Shown: positions 28,496 through 38,490, counted from the stretch's first letter. The stretch: DNA of 64,000 bases from an uncultured Bacteroidales bacterium (GCA_963732435.1 CAVSZL010000008.1:164963-228962); one strand, 5' to 3'. The notes: a model not told the origin generated them from the sequence alone. Translations and numbers: made by a program.

Positions 28496-31402
28496 CTACA
28501 TACGGTTTCTGCCGATAGACATTCCGTATAGGTCGATATTAAACAGAAGCTCAAAAGTGGGAGACTCACTAAAAGATTTCCATGCTGTCTGAACACCTCC
28601 CGATATCATAAAAGGAATACGCAGAACATAAAAATCAGCCAACATTTCAAACCCAAATGATCTGAAGGTCTCCTTATAATTATGATATGATCCTGTAGTC
28701 TGACCCGGGCCGCTGGTTCTTAAATAATAGTTTCCTGTACCGGCACCATAGTCATAAAAAAGACCGGTTCGGATCCTTTTAAGATATAGCAGGCTTGAAA
28801 GATTAAAATCGGGATACGCCAGAGGGAGGACATAATCAACTGAATAGAGCTCAAGTTCTTTAGATATGATATCTTTATATCCCCTTGGGTATGAAACCCT
28901 GTTTCCATAAAGATACTTACCAGGGTTTTGCTTCTCTTTTTCCAGCCTTATTTTAATTCCATTATTTGGTAAAAAACCAGGGAAGTAAAATGCACTTTTT
29001 ATTGCAAAGGCAGTTCCATATATATTATTATCAAACGGAGCAAACGTGTAATTGAGATCTAAAGACTGTGCCCATCTGGGATAAATATCACGCATTGCGG
29101 ATCTGTGGTAGTTAGAAAAAAACATCCTCCCTGAAAGAACCGTTTGTCCGTAATCATAAATACTGTCCTCTTTAATAAAAACATATCTGTTCCTGTAATC
29201 GGCAGTAAATGATGGACGTAAAAATTGAGAAAATTTTCCGGATGAAAAATTAAGAGGAAGTGAAACCGTATTATAGAATCTTAATCCGGGAAAAACTTCA
29301 GAAGGATTTTCAACCTTGTTTCCCGTTTTATCAATTGAAGGGTCATTCCCGTAGTCGAGTTGTGATTCAAATACAGGATACCATCCTTTCCATGTTAGAC
29401 GTGTATGAAAAACGTGATTTTTTTCTTCGGAATATTCATAACCAATTGATGATATAAACGAGCTTAAGTGGTTCTGGCTAAGTATAGTAACACCGGGTCT
29501 GATGTCTGTAGGATCTGTCTGTATTTCTTCTAAGTCAACATAGAATGGCATCCAGCTGTGAAATTTAAAAAGATGCATCCATTTTCTGTAAGGTACTGGT
29601 GAATATGTTGATAATGAAGTAGTGTCATCCTCTTTATGCATATTTTCAAAACGATCAATCAGGAATGATGATGAGTAAGGTTTTTTATAAATACCGGATG
29701 TGTCACCTTTCAGATCTATACTGCAGATACTATTCCCAGTTGAGTTGTAATCACTGAAGAAAACTTTTCCACCTTCAATACTCAGATCAGTTACTCCGAA
29801 TCTTGATCTGGTCAATGCAGTTATATTTTTATCCGGAGTACAGACGAAAATATTATTGTTTCCATCTTTCGAACTTACGAAGAAAAGAGAATCATTCCTC
29901 AATTCTGAAGATTGAATATCTTCATTTCCGGCTGGTATAAGGGCTTTCCATTCACTATTTGCCAAAGTGAATGATATTATACCTTCGTAGTCTCCTTTTA
30001 AAAATATTGAGGTTATAATTTCACCATCTTCAGCCCATTGAGGACGTTGAATGTAGACATTATCCGGGGTTGTGACACTTGAAAGAATGACTCCGGTTTC
30101 AGAATCAAGAAAAACAAGTTTGTTAATATTGTCACTTGTATTTTCGACAGCTGCAATTGTTTTTCCATTTGGAGAGATCGATGCTGATAGATACCTGGTT
30201 CTGTTCGATATCTTTTTGACTGACTTATTGTTGTAGTCCATCACCTTAATAATCGAATAGTCTCTGTTCTCCCATCTGTGATCAGTTTGTGCTTCAACCC
30301 AGACAATCTTATTTTTTGCATTTGATAAATGCCAGGGATACATCTGCCCGGGTGTATGAAGCCTCTTTTCTGTTTTAGAGGAAGGATTAATAATCATAAA
30401 GGAAGCAGGAGAAGACAAGGAGGTTTTGATTGCCAGAATACTGTCCTTCCCGATTACTACAGGGGAATAGTAATTGATATATTTTCCCATTTTATCGGGA
30501 TTCATTGTTTCATATGTGACAGTATTGTTCATTGATAATTCTTTGTTCCAGATTGCCCGGAGGGAGTCAAAGGTTTCAATGTGAAGTTTATTCTTTGTTA
30601 ATCCCGCGTTTCTGTGTAGGCTTATGTTAACAGGATTTAATGAGTAAGGATTTTTGCCGGTATAATCAAATACCTTATTCCATAACTGCGGGTCATTCTT
30701 TGCCCGGGCCCAAGCTACCATCTGGTAACCGGTTTCATAATGGTTAGGTACAAAATTCCTGAAAGATCCGTTCAGGATTTTATCATATTTATACATTTTC
30801 CCCTTTTCCAGGGTTAGAGCTTTTATCTGATTCTGGAACAAGGGGCTCCTGCCACGTCCTGAATTTGTGAGGATTGTTTCTGCAAAAACAGCCTCTCCTT
30901 CCAGGAGCCAGAGTGGCAGATAAGAAGATACAGCACCGATTATTTGTTCACCTAAAACAAAGGATAAAGCCTTTGTTAAGCCATTGTTCAGGGAGTTCAA
31001 TTGGAATACATGAGTGAGCTCATGAATTGCAAGTAGTTTTTCAGGTGCAATTGGTATTGTATTCTGCTCAGGAGTGGTATATAGTTCTACCCGTCGGGGA
31101 GCCCAGGATACATAACCATTTGACCGGGTCGAGTAATTATGTATGATTACGGGTATTTTAAAGTTTTTTTCAGGGTAAATTGCCAGAAGATCGGAGTATG
31201 CCTTTTCAAGTGATTTTGCATAGACTAACCCTCCTTCTGTATAGTTTTCGGGAAAGATAACAGTAAACCGATTGGTCTTAATTTGCTTCCACTTCAGAGA
31301 TGCCGGATCTGTTCCAGTATCATAATATTGGGCAAATGTGTTATGAACTGACACAAATAAAGCTATATACAGAATTAAAACAGGTGATCTCATTTCAGAC
31401 AT
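28496..31402 (-). CDS. Large secreted protein: N-terminal HExxH metalloprotease-like domain, TolB-like beta-propeller repeats, beta-rich C-terminal region
   Basis: Signal peptide. AIHELTHVFQ plus a downstream LLEGEAVFAE, a gluzincin-like arrangement. The middle has repeated S.SPNGK/DG-type propeller blades. The aromatic-rich C-terminal third resembles a barrel. Confidence 0.5.
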   Translation of the reverse strand: MSEMRSPVLILYIALFVSVHNTFAQYYDTGTDPASLKWKQIKTNRFTVIFPENYTEGGLVYAKSLEKAYSDLLAIYPEKNFKIPVIIHNYSTRSNGYVSWAPRRVELYTTPEQNTIPIAPEKLLAIHELTHVFQLNSLNNGLTKALSFVLGEQIIGAVSSYLPLWLLEGEAVFAETILTNSGRGRSPLFQNQIKALTLEKGKMYKYDKILNGSFRNFVPNHYETGYQMVAWARAKNDPQLWNKVFDYTGKNPYSLNPVNISLHRNAGLTKNKLHIETFDSLRAIWNKELSMNNTVTYETMNPDKMGKYINYYSPVVIGKDSILAIKTSLSSPASFMIINPSSKTEKRLHTPGQMYPWHLSNAKNKIVWVEAQTDHRWENRDYSIIKVMDYNNKSVKKISNRTRYLSASISPNGKTIAAVENTSDNINKLVFLDSETGVILSSVTTPDNVYIQRPQWAEDGEIITSIFLKGDYEGIISFTLANSEWKALIPAGNEDIQSSELRNDSLFFVSSKDGNNNIFVCTPDKNITALTRSRFGVTDLSIEGGKVFFSDYNSTGNSICSIDLKGDTSGIYKKPYSSSFLIDRFENMHKEDDTTSLSTYSPVPYRKWMHLFKFHSWMPFYVDLEEIQTDPTDIRPGVTILSQNHLSSFISSIGYEYSEEKNHVFHTRLTWKGWYPVFESQLDYGNDPSIDKTGNKVENPSEVFPGLRFYNTVSLPLNFSSGKFSQFLRPSFTADYRNRYVFIKEDSIYDYGQTVLSGRMFFSNYHRSAMRDIYPRWAQSLDLNYTFAPFDNNIYGTAFAIKSAFYFPGFLPNNGIKIRLEKEKQNPGKYLYGNRVSYPRGYKDIISKELELYSVDYVLPLAYPDFNLSSLLYLKRIRTGLFYDYGAGTGNYYLRTSGPGQTTGSYHNYKETFRSFGFEMLADFYVLRIPFMISGGVQTAWKSFSESPTFELLFNIDLYGMSIGRNRM

Positions 31403-31516
31403 TAATGTTCAAAAATAGTAAAATTTGTGAGACACTTTAAACTGAAGCAGGTATGAAAAAAATAAGTATTTTCGTCATTTATATTATCGGGACAATTCTG
31501 ACAAACAAATAAAGCA

Positions 31517-34500
31517 ATGAAAAATTATAAGATAATCAACAATATAGCAGGGTGGATAGTTTTCCTGATAGCCGCATCTACCTATCTTATGACTCTTGAA
31601 CCTACAGCCAGTCTATGGGACTGCGGTGAATTCATTGCCTCCGCTTTTAAACTTGAGATTGGACATCCTCCCGGGAACCCGGTATTTATGGTGATGGCGC
31701 GATTTTTTACACTTTTTGCAGGAGGAGACGTTTCAAATGTTGCAGTAATGGTAAATGCAATGTCAGCACTTGCAAGTGCTTTTACAATATTGTTCCTTTT
31801 CTGGACAATAACTCATCTTGCAAGGAAAATATTATTTACAGCTGGCACTGAATTTAATCCATCAAGGGTATTCGCAGTTATAGCTTCAGGGGTCGTAGGA
31901 GCATTAGCATATACATTTTCAGATTCATTCTGGTTCTCTGCAGTAGAAGGTGAAGTATATGCATCATCATCTCTGTTCACTGCCGTTGTCTTTTGGGCAA
32001 TACTTAAGTGGGAAGATGTGGCAGACGAGAAATATGCTGACAGATGGATTGTTCTTATTGCATACCTGATGGGTCTTTCAATCGGAGTTCATCTTTTGAA
32101 CCTGCTTGCCATACCTGCAATTGTATTAGTATATTATTTTAAAAAGTTTGATTTTTCCTGGCGAGGATTTCTGATATCTATTTTTACTTCTGTTGTAATA
32201 CTGGCGCTTCTGATGTATGGAATAATGCCGGGAGTTGTGACAATATCTTCAAAATTTGACCTGTTTTTTGTAAATTCTCTTGGCCTTCCTCCAAACAGTG
32301 GGATGATTTTTCACGTTCTGCTTTTATCGCTCCTCTTAATTCTGGCTATAAGGTATTCTCTTACTTCTGATGAAAGAGTAAAAAATGGATCATTAGCAAT
32401 AGCCGCTCTCTTTTTCACAGGTATTTGGGTGGTCTCAGGTTCTTCATTTTTAAATATCATCATATTGCTACTTGTTAGCGGAACCTTGTGGTATCTTGCT
32501 TCTAAAAGCAGAACCATACTTAATATTTTACTTACCTCAATTGCAGTTATATTAATAGGCTATTCTTCCAATGCAATAATCGTGATAAGATCCTCTGCAA
32601 ATACTCCTTTGAATGAAAACAATCCTTCAAATCCGTTTAACCTTTTATACTTTCTGAACAGGGAGCAATATGGGCAGCGTCCATTATTCAGGGGAGCCTA
32701 TTATAATGCTCCTGTTATTAACTATAAAGACGGGAAAGCAAAGTATTCCCTTGAGAATAATAAGTATGTAATAACCAGTTATAATATAGAGAGAGAATAT
32801 GATCAGCGATTTTTAACCCTTTTTCCGAGGATGTGGAGCGATCAGAATGACCACATAGAGGCTTACCAGGAGTGGGGAGGCATTAAAGGTATTCCGGTTC
32901 AGGTTACTGATCAGAGTGGCGAAAAGAAAGTTGTGAGAAAACCAACGTTTATAGAGAATATGAGGTTTATGTTCTCTTATCAGTTTGGCTTTATGTATTT
33001 CAGATATTTCATGTGGAATTTCTCAGGCAAACAAAATGATACTCAAAGTTCAGGAGGGGCAGTTAGTGGCAACTGGATAACAGGATTAAATATTCTTGAT
33101 GAACCCAGAGTTGGCACAAAGGATCTGCCTGATTCAATTGGAAAAGATACGTCAAGAAATAAGTATTATCTTTTGCCTTTCATTCTCGGATTTGTCGGAT
33201 TATTCTATCACTTAAACAGGGATAACCGTAACTGGGGGATAATTATGTTGCTCTTTTTAATGACAGGATTAGCGATTGTTTTCTATCTGAATCAATATCC
33301 AAATCAGCCAAGGGAGAGGGACTATGCGTTTACAGGCTCATTCTATTTTTTCTCTGTCTGGATAGGTATTGGGGTTCTGGCATTGTTTGAAGGATTATCC
33401 AGGCTTGTAAACGAAAAAATTGCCGCTCCTGTAGCAGGCATATTATGTTTTTTTTCTGTCCCTGTTCTGATGGGAACAGAGAACTGGGATGATCATGACA
33501 GGTCAGGAAGATACCTGGCCAGGGATGTGGCTTTTAATTACCTGAATTCATGTGCACCCAATTCAATTCTCTTTACCAATGGAGATAATGACACATTTCC
33601 TTTATGGTATGCACAGGAGGTGGAAGGAATGAGGACCGATATAAGGGTCTGTAACCTTATGCTTCTTAACACTGACTGGTATATTAACCAGATGAAAAGC
33701 AAAACATACGAATCTGATCCTCTTCCCATTACATTGCCTGTAAAAAAGTATTATGATGGCATTAATAACCAGGTATTTATAGTCGAAAAAACTAAAGACC
33801 CGGTTGATATATCAACAATAATAGATTGGGTAAACAGCGATAATAAAGCCACAAAAGTACAGGTTTCAACAACAGAGATTCTCGATATAATACCATCGAG
33901 AACTATCAGAATTCCTGTTGATGCCAGTAAGGTAATTGCTTCAGGTACCGTTAAACCTGAGGATGCAGGGAAAATTGTTCCGTATATTGATATTAAACTT
34001 AAAGGAAATTCAATTCTTAAGAGCCAGCTCATTGTTTTGGATATTCTCGCGCATAATAATTGGGAGCGTCCTGTTTATTATGTTACCGGCTATCATAACG
34101 ATGCTTTTAATCTGGAAGAATATTTTCAGCTTGAAGGACTGGTATTCAGGCTGGTCCCAATTAAGTCAGCAAATAATAGCTGGATTGATTACGGAGGCAT
34201 AGATACTGATATTTTATATGAAAATCTTATAAAGAAATTCGTCTGGGGTGGCGCGAATAATGAAGATGTAAATATTGATTATAATCATAAACGGACTATT
34301 ATCGTTGTGAAAGCCAGATTAAATTATGCAAGGCTTGCTAAAGCACTGGCAAATGAGGGGAAAAATGAAAAGGCTATCGAAGTACTCGACCAATGTATGG
34401 AGGCATTGCCTCTTGATAATGTTCCATATGACCCTTATGTAAGTGATATTATTGAAGCCTATTTTGTTGCCGGAGGATCAGAAAGAGCATTGGAAATGAC

Positions 34501-34738
34501 AAAAGACTTCTGCGATTATTACTATTCTAAACTTGATTATTACCTGAAGCAAAAACCATATATTGTTAATTCAGCAGAATATGAAATTCAGAGTGCAATC
34601 CAATATACATCAAAGGTTGCCAACTCCTGTGAGATATTTGGACAAGCAGAGGTTGCCAAAGAGATAAACAAGAAGCTGGAAGGTTATTATGCTTCATTTG
34701 TAGGATTTATGCAACCAGGGGCTTCTGAAAATAATTAA
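31517..34738 (+). CDS. DUF2723 / TMEM260-like giant polytopic membrane protein (GT-C-type glycosyltransferase fold suspected)
   Basis: The N-terminal hallmark LEPTASLWDCGEFIASAFKLEIGHPPGNP, many TMs, and a large C-terminal soluble part with a helical-repeat end. Confidence 0.75.
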   Translation: MKNYKIINNIAGWIVFLIAASTYLMTLEPTASLWDCGEFIASAFKLEIGHPPGNPVFMVMARFFTLFAGGDVSNVAVMVNAMSALASAFTILFLFWTITHLARKILFTAGTEFNPSRVFAVIASGVVGALAYTFSDSFWFSAVEGEVYASSSLFTAVVFWAILKWEDVADEKYADRWIVLIAYLMGLSIGVHLLNLLAIPAIVLVYYFKKFDFSWRGFLISIFTSVVILALLMYGIMPGVVTISSKFDLFFVNSLGLPPNSGMIFHVLLLSLLLILAIRYSLTSDERVKNGSLAIAALFFTGIWVVSGSSFLNIIILLLVSGTLWYLASKSRTILNILLTSIAVILIGYSSNAIIVIRSSANTPLNENNPSNPFNLLYFLNREQYGQRPLFRGAYYNAPVINYKDGKAKYSLENNKYVITSYNIEREYDQRFLTLFPRMWSDQNDHIEAYQEWGGIKGIPVQVTDQSGEKKVVRKPTFIENMRFMFSYQFGFMYFRYFMWNFSGKQNDTQSSGGAVSGNWITGLNILDEPRVGTKDLPDSIGKDTSRNKYYLLPFILGFVGLFYHLNRDNRNWGIIMLLFLMTGLAIVFYLNQYPNQPRERDYAFTGSFYFFSVWIGIGVLALFEGLSRLVNEKIAAPVAGILCFFSVPVLMGTENWDDHDRSGRYLARDVAFNYLNSCAPNSILFTNGDNDTFPLWYAQEVEGMRTDIRVCNLMLLNTDWYINQMKSKTYESDPLPITLPVKKYYDGINNQVFIVEKTKDPVDISTIIDWVNSDNKATKVQVSTTEILDIIPSRTIRIPVDASKVIASGTVKPEDAGKIVPYIDIKLKGNSILKSQLIVLDILAHNNWERPVYYVTGYHNDAFNLEEYFQLEGLVFRLVPIKSANNSWIDYGGIDTDILYENLIKKFVWGGANNEDVNIDYNHKRTIIVVKARLNYARLAKALANEGKNEKAIEVLDQCMEALPLDNVPYDPYVSDIIEAYFVAGGSERALEMTKDFCDYYYSKLDYYLKQKPYIVNSAEYEIQSAIQYTSKVANSCEIFGQAEVAKEINKKLEGYYASFVGFMQPGASENN

Positions 34739-34812
34739 ATCACTCAGATAACTAATTATAATTCCAATATGGAGACACTGGCTTTATTGTAATCAGAAGC
34801 GGGAAAATTCAA

Positions 34813-35235
34813 CTAAAATAAAGTTGAAACTGATGTATTGATTTTCAGATATTTTTCAATAAGGAAGAATATCTTTTCAGGATAGATAGGTTTCAGTACA
34901 TATTCATTACAACCGGCAATATAAGCTTCAGTTTTAGCCTGTTCGGAGGAATAGGCAGTAATCATAATAACAGGAATGTTCTTTCTCTCTTTCCGGAGTA
35001 TTCTGACGCATTCAATTCCGTTAATGAGAGGGATTAGAAAATCCATAAAAACAAGATCAATACTATTTTCTCCCTGTCTTATATAATCAACGAATTCTTT
35101 ACCGGTATGAAATATTCTGACATCAGCTCCGGAGTTTTTCAGAAGAGTTTCATAGTATCTGATAGATGGAACATCATCTTCAACAATAACTATACTCTTC
35201 CCTTTAAGTTCTAAGCTGCTGATATTCAAAGCCAT
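34813..35235 (-). CDS. Stand-alone response-regulator receiver protein (CheY-like)
   Basis: IVIVEDD...DLVFMDFLIP...MITAY...K. 140 aa with no output domain. Confidence 0.85.
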   Translation of the reverse strand: MALNISSLELKGKSIVIVEDDVPSIRYYETLLKNSGADVRIFHTGKEFVDYIRQGENSIDLVFMDFLIPLINGIECVRILRKERKNIPVIMITAYSSEQAKTEAYIAGCNEYVLKPIYPEKIFFLIEKYLKINTSVSTLF

Positions 35236-35405
35236 TTCCGAATTTGTTTAGACATGTATAAAATTAATATAAGAAAAGGACTATGAGCCTGCTTATATGT
35301 TCAGTTATAAACAATTTATTAACAATAATTGTGCCTTATCAAAAGAATAATATTTGGATTCCTTAATAAAAAAGTGCATATTCGTAATAATATACCCTGA
35401 AAACC

Positions 35406-37301
35406 ATGTTAAAACAAAACCTTTTCAGAAATCCTTCAAGCTATTTATTAGGGCTAATCCTTTTTTGTCATGTTTCTTACGGTCAGGGAGGTTTTGATAA
35501 TCCTACCAGGGCTCTGTATATTTTTGACCTGGTTGCAAAATATGTCAACTGGGGTCCTGGCTTTGCAGATTCTTCCTCATTTAAGATCGGTATGCTCCTC
35601 GGAGATTATGATCTAATTAACGAAATGGGAAACCTTGCCAAGACACGTACCAAAATTCAGGATAAACCCGTTTCAGTTATGGGTTTTAGAAGATTGGAAA
35701 GCCTTAATCATACACAGGTTCTTTATGTCAATAAAAATGCAGGATTTGACCTGGAGAAGATAAAGAGTAAGATTGCAGGGAAACAAACTATGCTTATTAC
35801 TGAGGGCTATGAATTCAGGGAATCTATGATCAATTTCATTGTTGTCGATGGTAAACCTCAATATGATATCAATGAAGATTACATAAAAAAAGAAGGGATG
35901 ACAGTTCCTCAGACTCTTCTTTTTACAGCAATTAAAACCAAAGAAGACTGGCAGAACCTCTTCGATATAGCCAGCAAGGAGATTGAAGTTCAGAAAGAGA
36001 CTATAAGGCAACAACTTGAACAGATTGAAACTCAGAAAAAGGAAATTCTGAAACAAAAAACTTTACTGGATAGTCTGGATTCAGAGATTGTTGAGAAAGA
36101 AAAAATCCTTAATGAGAAGCAAAAGGAACTTGAGAAGCAGTTTAATCAGATAAAGAGGCAGCAGGGAGAAATCTCCGGCCACATGAGTACAATATTTACT
36201 CAGCAAAAAGAAGTTCAGGTACAAAAAGATACCTTGTCAAGTCAAAAGGAAAAGATACAGATTCAATTGGCCAGGATTGATGAACAATTTATGAAAATCT
36301 CAGAGCAGGACAATAAGATAACAATGCAACTTGAAGCTATTGAAAAACAGAAGCTTATTCTGTATTTTGTGCTTCTGGCATTGTTACTTGTTAGCTTTCT
36401 CGGTTACTATATTTACCGTGGATATAAGATTAAAAAAGAGGCAAATATCAGACTGGAAGACAGGAACAGGACAATCTCTTTGCAAAAGGACGAAATTGAA
36501 AAACAACGCGATCTGGCTGCGGCCCAAAGAGATCAGATAGCTTACCAGAAAAAGCATATTACTGATAGCATTATGTATGCGAAGCGTATACAGACAGCAC
36601 TTATACCATCGCTTGAATTATTCAGTGATAAGCTTGAGCACTTTGTTCTCTATAAACCATTGGACATAGTAAGTGGTGATTTTTATTGGGTCAGTTCTCA
36701 TGGGAATATGCAGATAATAATCTCTGCAGATTGTACGGGACATGGTGTACCAGGTGCTTTCATGAGTATGCTTGGAATTACGTTACTCAACGAAATAGTC
36801 AATGGGAAGAAAATAATCATGCCCGATCAGATAATTGATAATCTGCGAAACGGAATTATAAAATCGTTGGGACAGGTGGCCGAAGAGGATAGTATAAAAG
36901 ATGGAATGGATATCGCAGTCTGCCTGGTTGATTTTGATAAAAGCATACTTTATTATGCAGGTGCAAATAACCCGTTGTACCTTGTAAGAGAGAAAGAGCT
37001 TTTCCATTACAGGTCAGATAAAATGCCTGTTGCAATTCATTATAAAATGTTACCATTCTCTCTTCATACAATTGAGTTACAGAAAGGGGATGCTTTCTAT
37101 ATCTTTTCTGACGGGTATGCTGACCAGTTTGGTGGTCCTAAACAAAAGAAATTCATGTCAATGCAGTTGAGAGAAACCCTTGTATCAATGGCGGGAGAGC
37201 CTATGCTCAAACAAGGTGAACGGCTGAATGAGATCTTTGAGGAATGGCGTGGGGATAGTCCCCAGGTTGATGATGTTACTTTAATTGGAGTAAGATACTA
37301 G
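35406..37301 (+). CDS. Fusion protein: YfiR-like (DUF4154) periplasmic domain, long coiled coil, TM, and PP2C/SpoIIE phosphatase domain
   Basis: Signal peptide. DUF4154-like pattern (ALYIFDLVAKYVNW...MLITEGYEF...INFIVVDGKPQYDIN). About 150 aa of Q/K/E-rich coiled coil. TM (LILYFVLLALLLVSFLGYYIY). SpoIIE motifs SGDFYWV, ADCTGHGVPGAFMS, DGMD, SDGYADQ, DDVTLIG. Confidence 0.8.
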   Translation: MLKQNLFRNPSSYLLGLILFCHVSYGQGGFDNPTRALYIFDLVAKYVNWGPGFADSSSFKIGMLLGDYDLINEMGNLAKTRTKIQDKPVSVMGFRRLESLNHTQVLYVNKNAGFDLEKIKSKIAGKQTMLITEGYEFRESMINFIVVDGKPQYDINEDYIKKEGMTVPQTLLFTAIKTKEDWQNLFDIASKEIEVQKETIRQQLEQIETQKKEILKQKTLLDSLDSEIVEKEKILNEKQKELEKQFNQIKRQQGEISGHMSTIFTQQKEVQVQKDTLSSQKEKIQIQLARIDEQFMKISEQDNKITMQLEAIEKQKLILYFVLLALLLVSFLGYYIYRGYKIKKEANIRLEDRNRTISLQKDEIEKQRDLAAAQRDQIAYQKKHITDSIMYAKRIQTALIPSLELFSDKLEHFVLYKPLDIVSGDFYWVSSHGNMQIIISADCTGHGVPGAFMSMLGITLLNEIVNGKKIIMPDQIIDNLRNGIIKSLGQVAEEDSIKDGMDIAVCLVDFDKSILYYAGANNPLYLVREKELFHYRSDKMPVAIHYKMLPFSLHTIELQKGDAFYIFSDGYADQFGGPKQKKFMSMQLRETLVSMAGEPMLKQGERLNEIFEEWRGDSPQVDDVTLIGVRY

Positions 37302-37537
37302 TTGCATTCTGCTTTTGTAACTGTGCCAAGGACAGTATTGGTAATTGCAGGATTTGCAGCTTTAAAAGCAGCCAGTTCAGCACCGCAATATTCTGTTCCT
37401 CCAGTGCTGGAAACAATAGAATTATCGCTTATCTTGCGTGTAACAATTTTACACTGCTGGCAATTGGTGTCTTCACAGGAAGAAGCAAGCCATGCTATAA
37501 TAATAAATGAAGCACCTAAAAGTAACTTTCTTTTCAT
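37298..37537 (-). CDS. Small Cys-rich lipoprotein (paralog A)
   Basis: Starts MKRKLLLGASFIIIAWLASSC (lipobox). The mature part is about 58 aa with 4 further Cys (C-x2-C, YCGA, C-terminal C). Its stop overlaps the PP2C gene stop in the palindrome CTAG (37298..37301). Confidence 0.6.
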   Translation of the reverse strand: MKRKLLLGASFIIIAWLASSCEDTNCQQCKIVTRKISDNSIVSSTGGTEYCGAELAAFKAANPAITNTVLGTVTKAECN

Positions 37538-37626
37538 GCTATAATAAATTAATGATCAAAGATAATAAAACTCTTATCTGTTGAATAACAGGTTAGAATA
37601 AAAGTTAGATTTTTTATTAATTTCAA

Positions 37627-37642
37627 AATTGATGCATCAATT
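37627..37642. promoter_or_regulatory. Perfect 16-bp palindrome AATTGATGCATCAATT in the divergent promoter region
   Basis: Read directly. Lies between the minus-strand lipoprotein A gene and the plus-strand 4-TM gene. Confidence 0.4.
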
Positions 37643-37707
37643 ACCGAAAAAGGGAGTCATTAAATCAGGAATGAAAAAAATTATAAATAACATTAAAATT
37701 TATTGCC

Positions 37708-38085
37708 ATGGAAGATTCTAAAATGAAAAAACATGTAACTATTGTGGGAGCAATTCATATTGGTTTTGGTATTCTTGGATTAATTGGTGCTGTTGCAGTA
37801 TTTTTTGCACTGAATTTTGCAAAAGGTTTTGTTGAGAGTGAGGAGATCCCGACAATAGTTCTTGGTTTCCTTTCAGTCAGCCTCCCCATCCTGATAGGAT
37901 TTTTATCAACTTTAGGTTTGGTTGGTGGTATTGGTCTCCTTGCATATAAATCGTGGGCCAGATATCTTGTAATCGTTGTTGCCGCTCTGGGATGCCTGAA
38001 TATCCCAATCGGAACACTTAAAGGAGTTTACTCCCTCTGGGTCCTTTTGCAGGATGAAACTATTAAATTATTCCAGAATACCTGA
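37708..38085 (+). CDS. Small 4-TM membrane protein, unknown family
   Basis: 125 aa with four hydrophobic helices. An alternative ATG exists at 37723. Confidence 0.55.
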   Translation: MEDSKMKKHVTIVGAIHIGFGILGLIGAVAVFFALNFAKGFVESEEIPTIVLGFLSVSLPILIGFLSTLGLVGGIGLLAYKSWARYLVIVVAALGCLNIPIGTLKGVYSLWVLLQDETIKLFQNT

Positions 38086-38142
38086 TAATTAGTATTTTAT
38101 AAGGTTCAGGATATAAAACTGAAGACCTTTGTCTTAATTAGC

Positions 38143-38373
38143 TTAACGACATTTATAAGTAGTGGTGCGGGTTCCGTTTGTGGTACTCTTTGATTTGATT
38201 GCCAATAATGTTGCACCACAGTATTCTGTTTCGTTCGGAGCTTCGGTAGTATCTCCTGTTGCGGAATCATAAGTAACCCATTTGCATGATTCACAGTCGC
38301 TTAGCGCTTCACACGAGGTTGCGGCCCATGCCAGGAGCAGAAATGAAGCTCCAAATAGTAGTTTTCTTTTCAT
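38143..38373 (-). CDS. Small Cys-rich lipoprotein (paralog B)
   Basis: The internal ATG at 38373 of the listed 138-aa ORF gives MKRKLLFGASFLLLAWAATSCEALSDCESCKWVT...TEYCGATLLAIK...YKCR. It is colinear with paralog A. The longer ORF would run into the ettA start. Confidence 0.6.
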   Translation of the reverse strand: MKRKLLFGASFLLLAWAATSCEALSDCESCKWVTYDSATGDTTEAPNETEYCGATLLAIKSKSTTNGTRTTTYKCR

Positions 38374-38490
38374 ATCCCTCAGATTACAGTGCAAAGATAT
38401 TAAAAAAAATTGCTTAAAAAGTTGTAATGTTTTTATACAAAAGGAAACGCAATTTGATTTATTTTTGTTGGGGAATATAAACAAAATACT

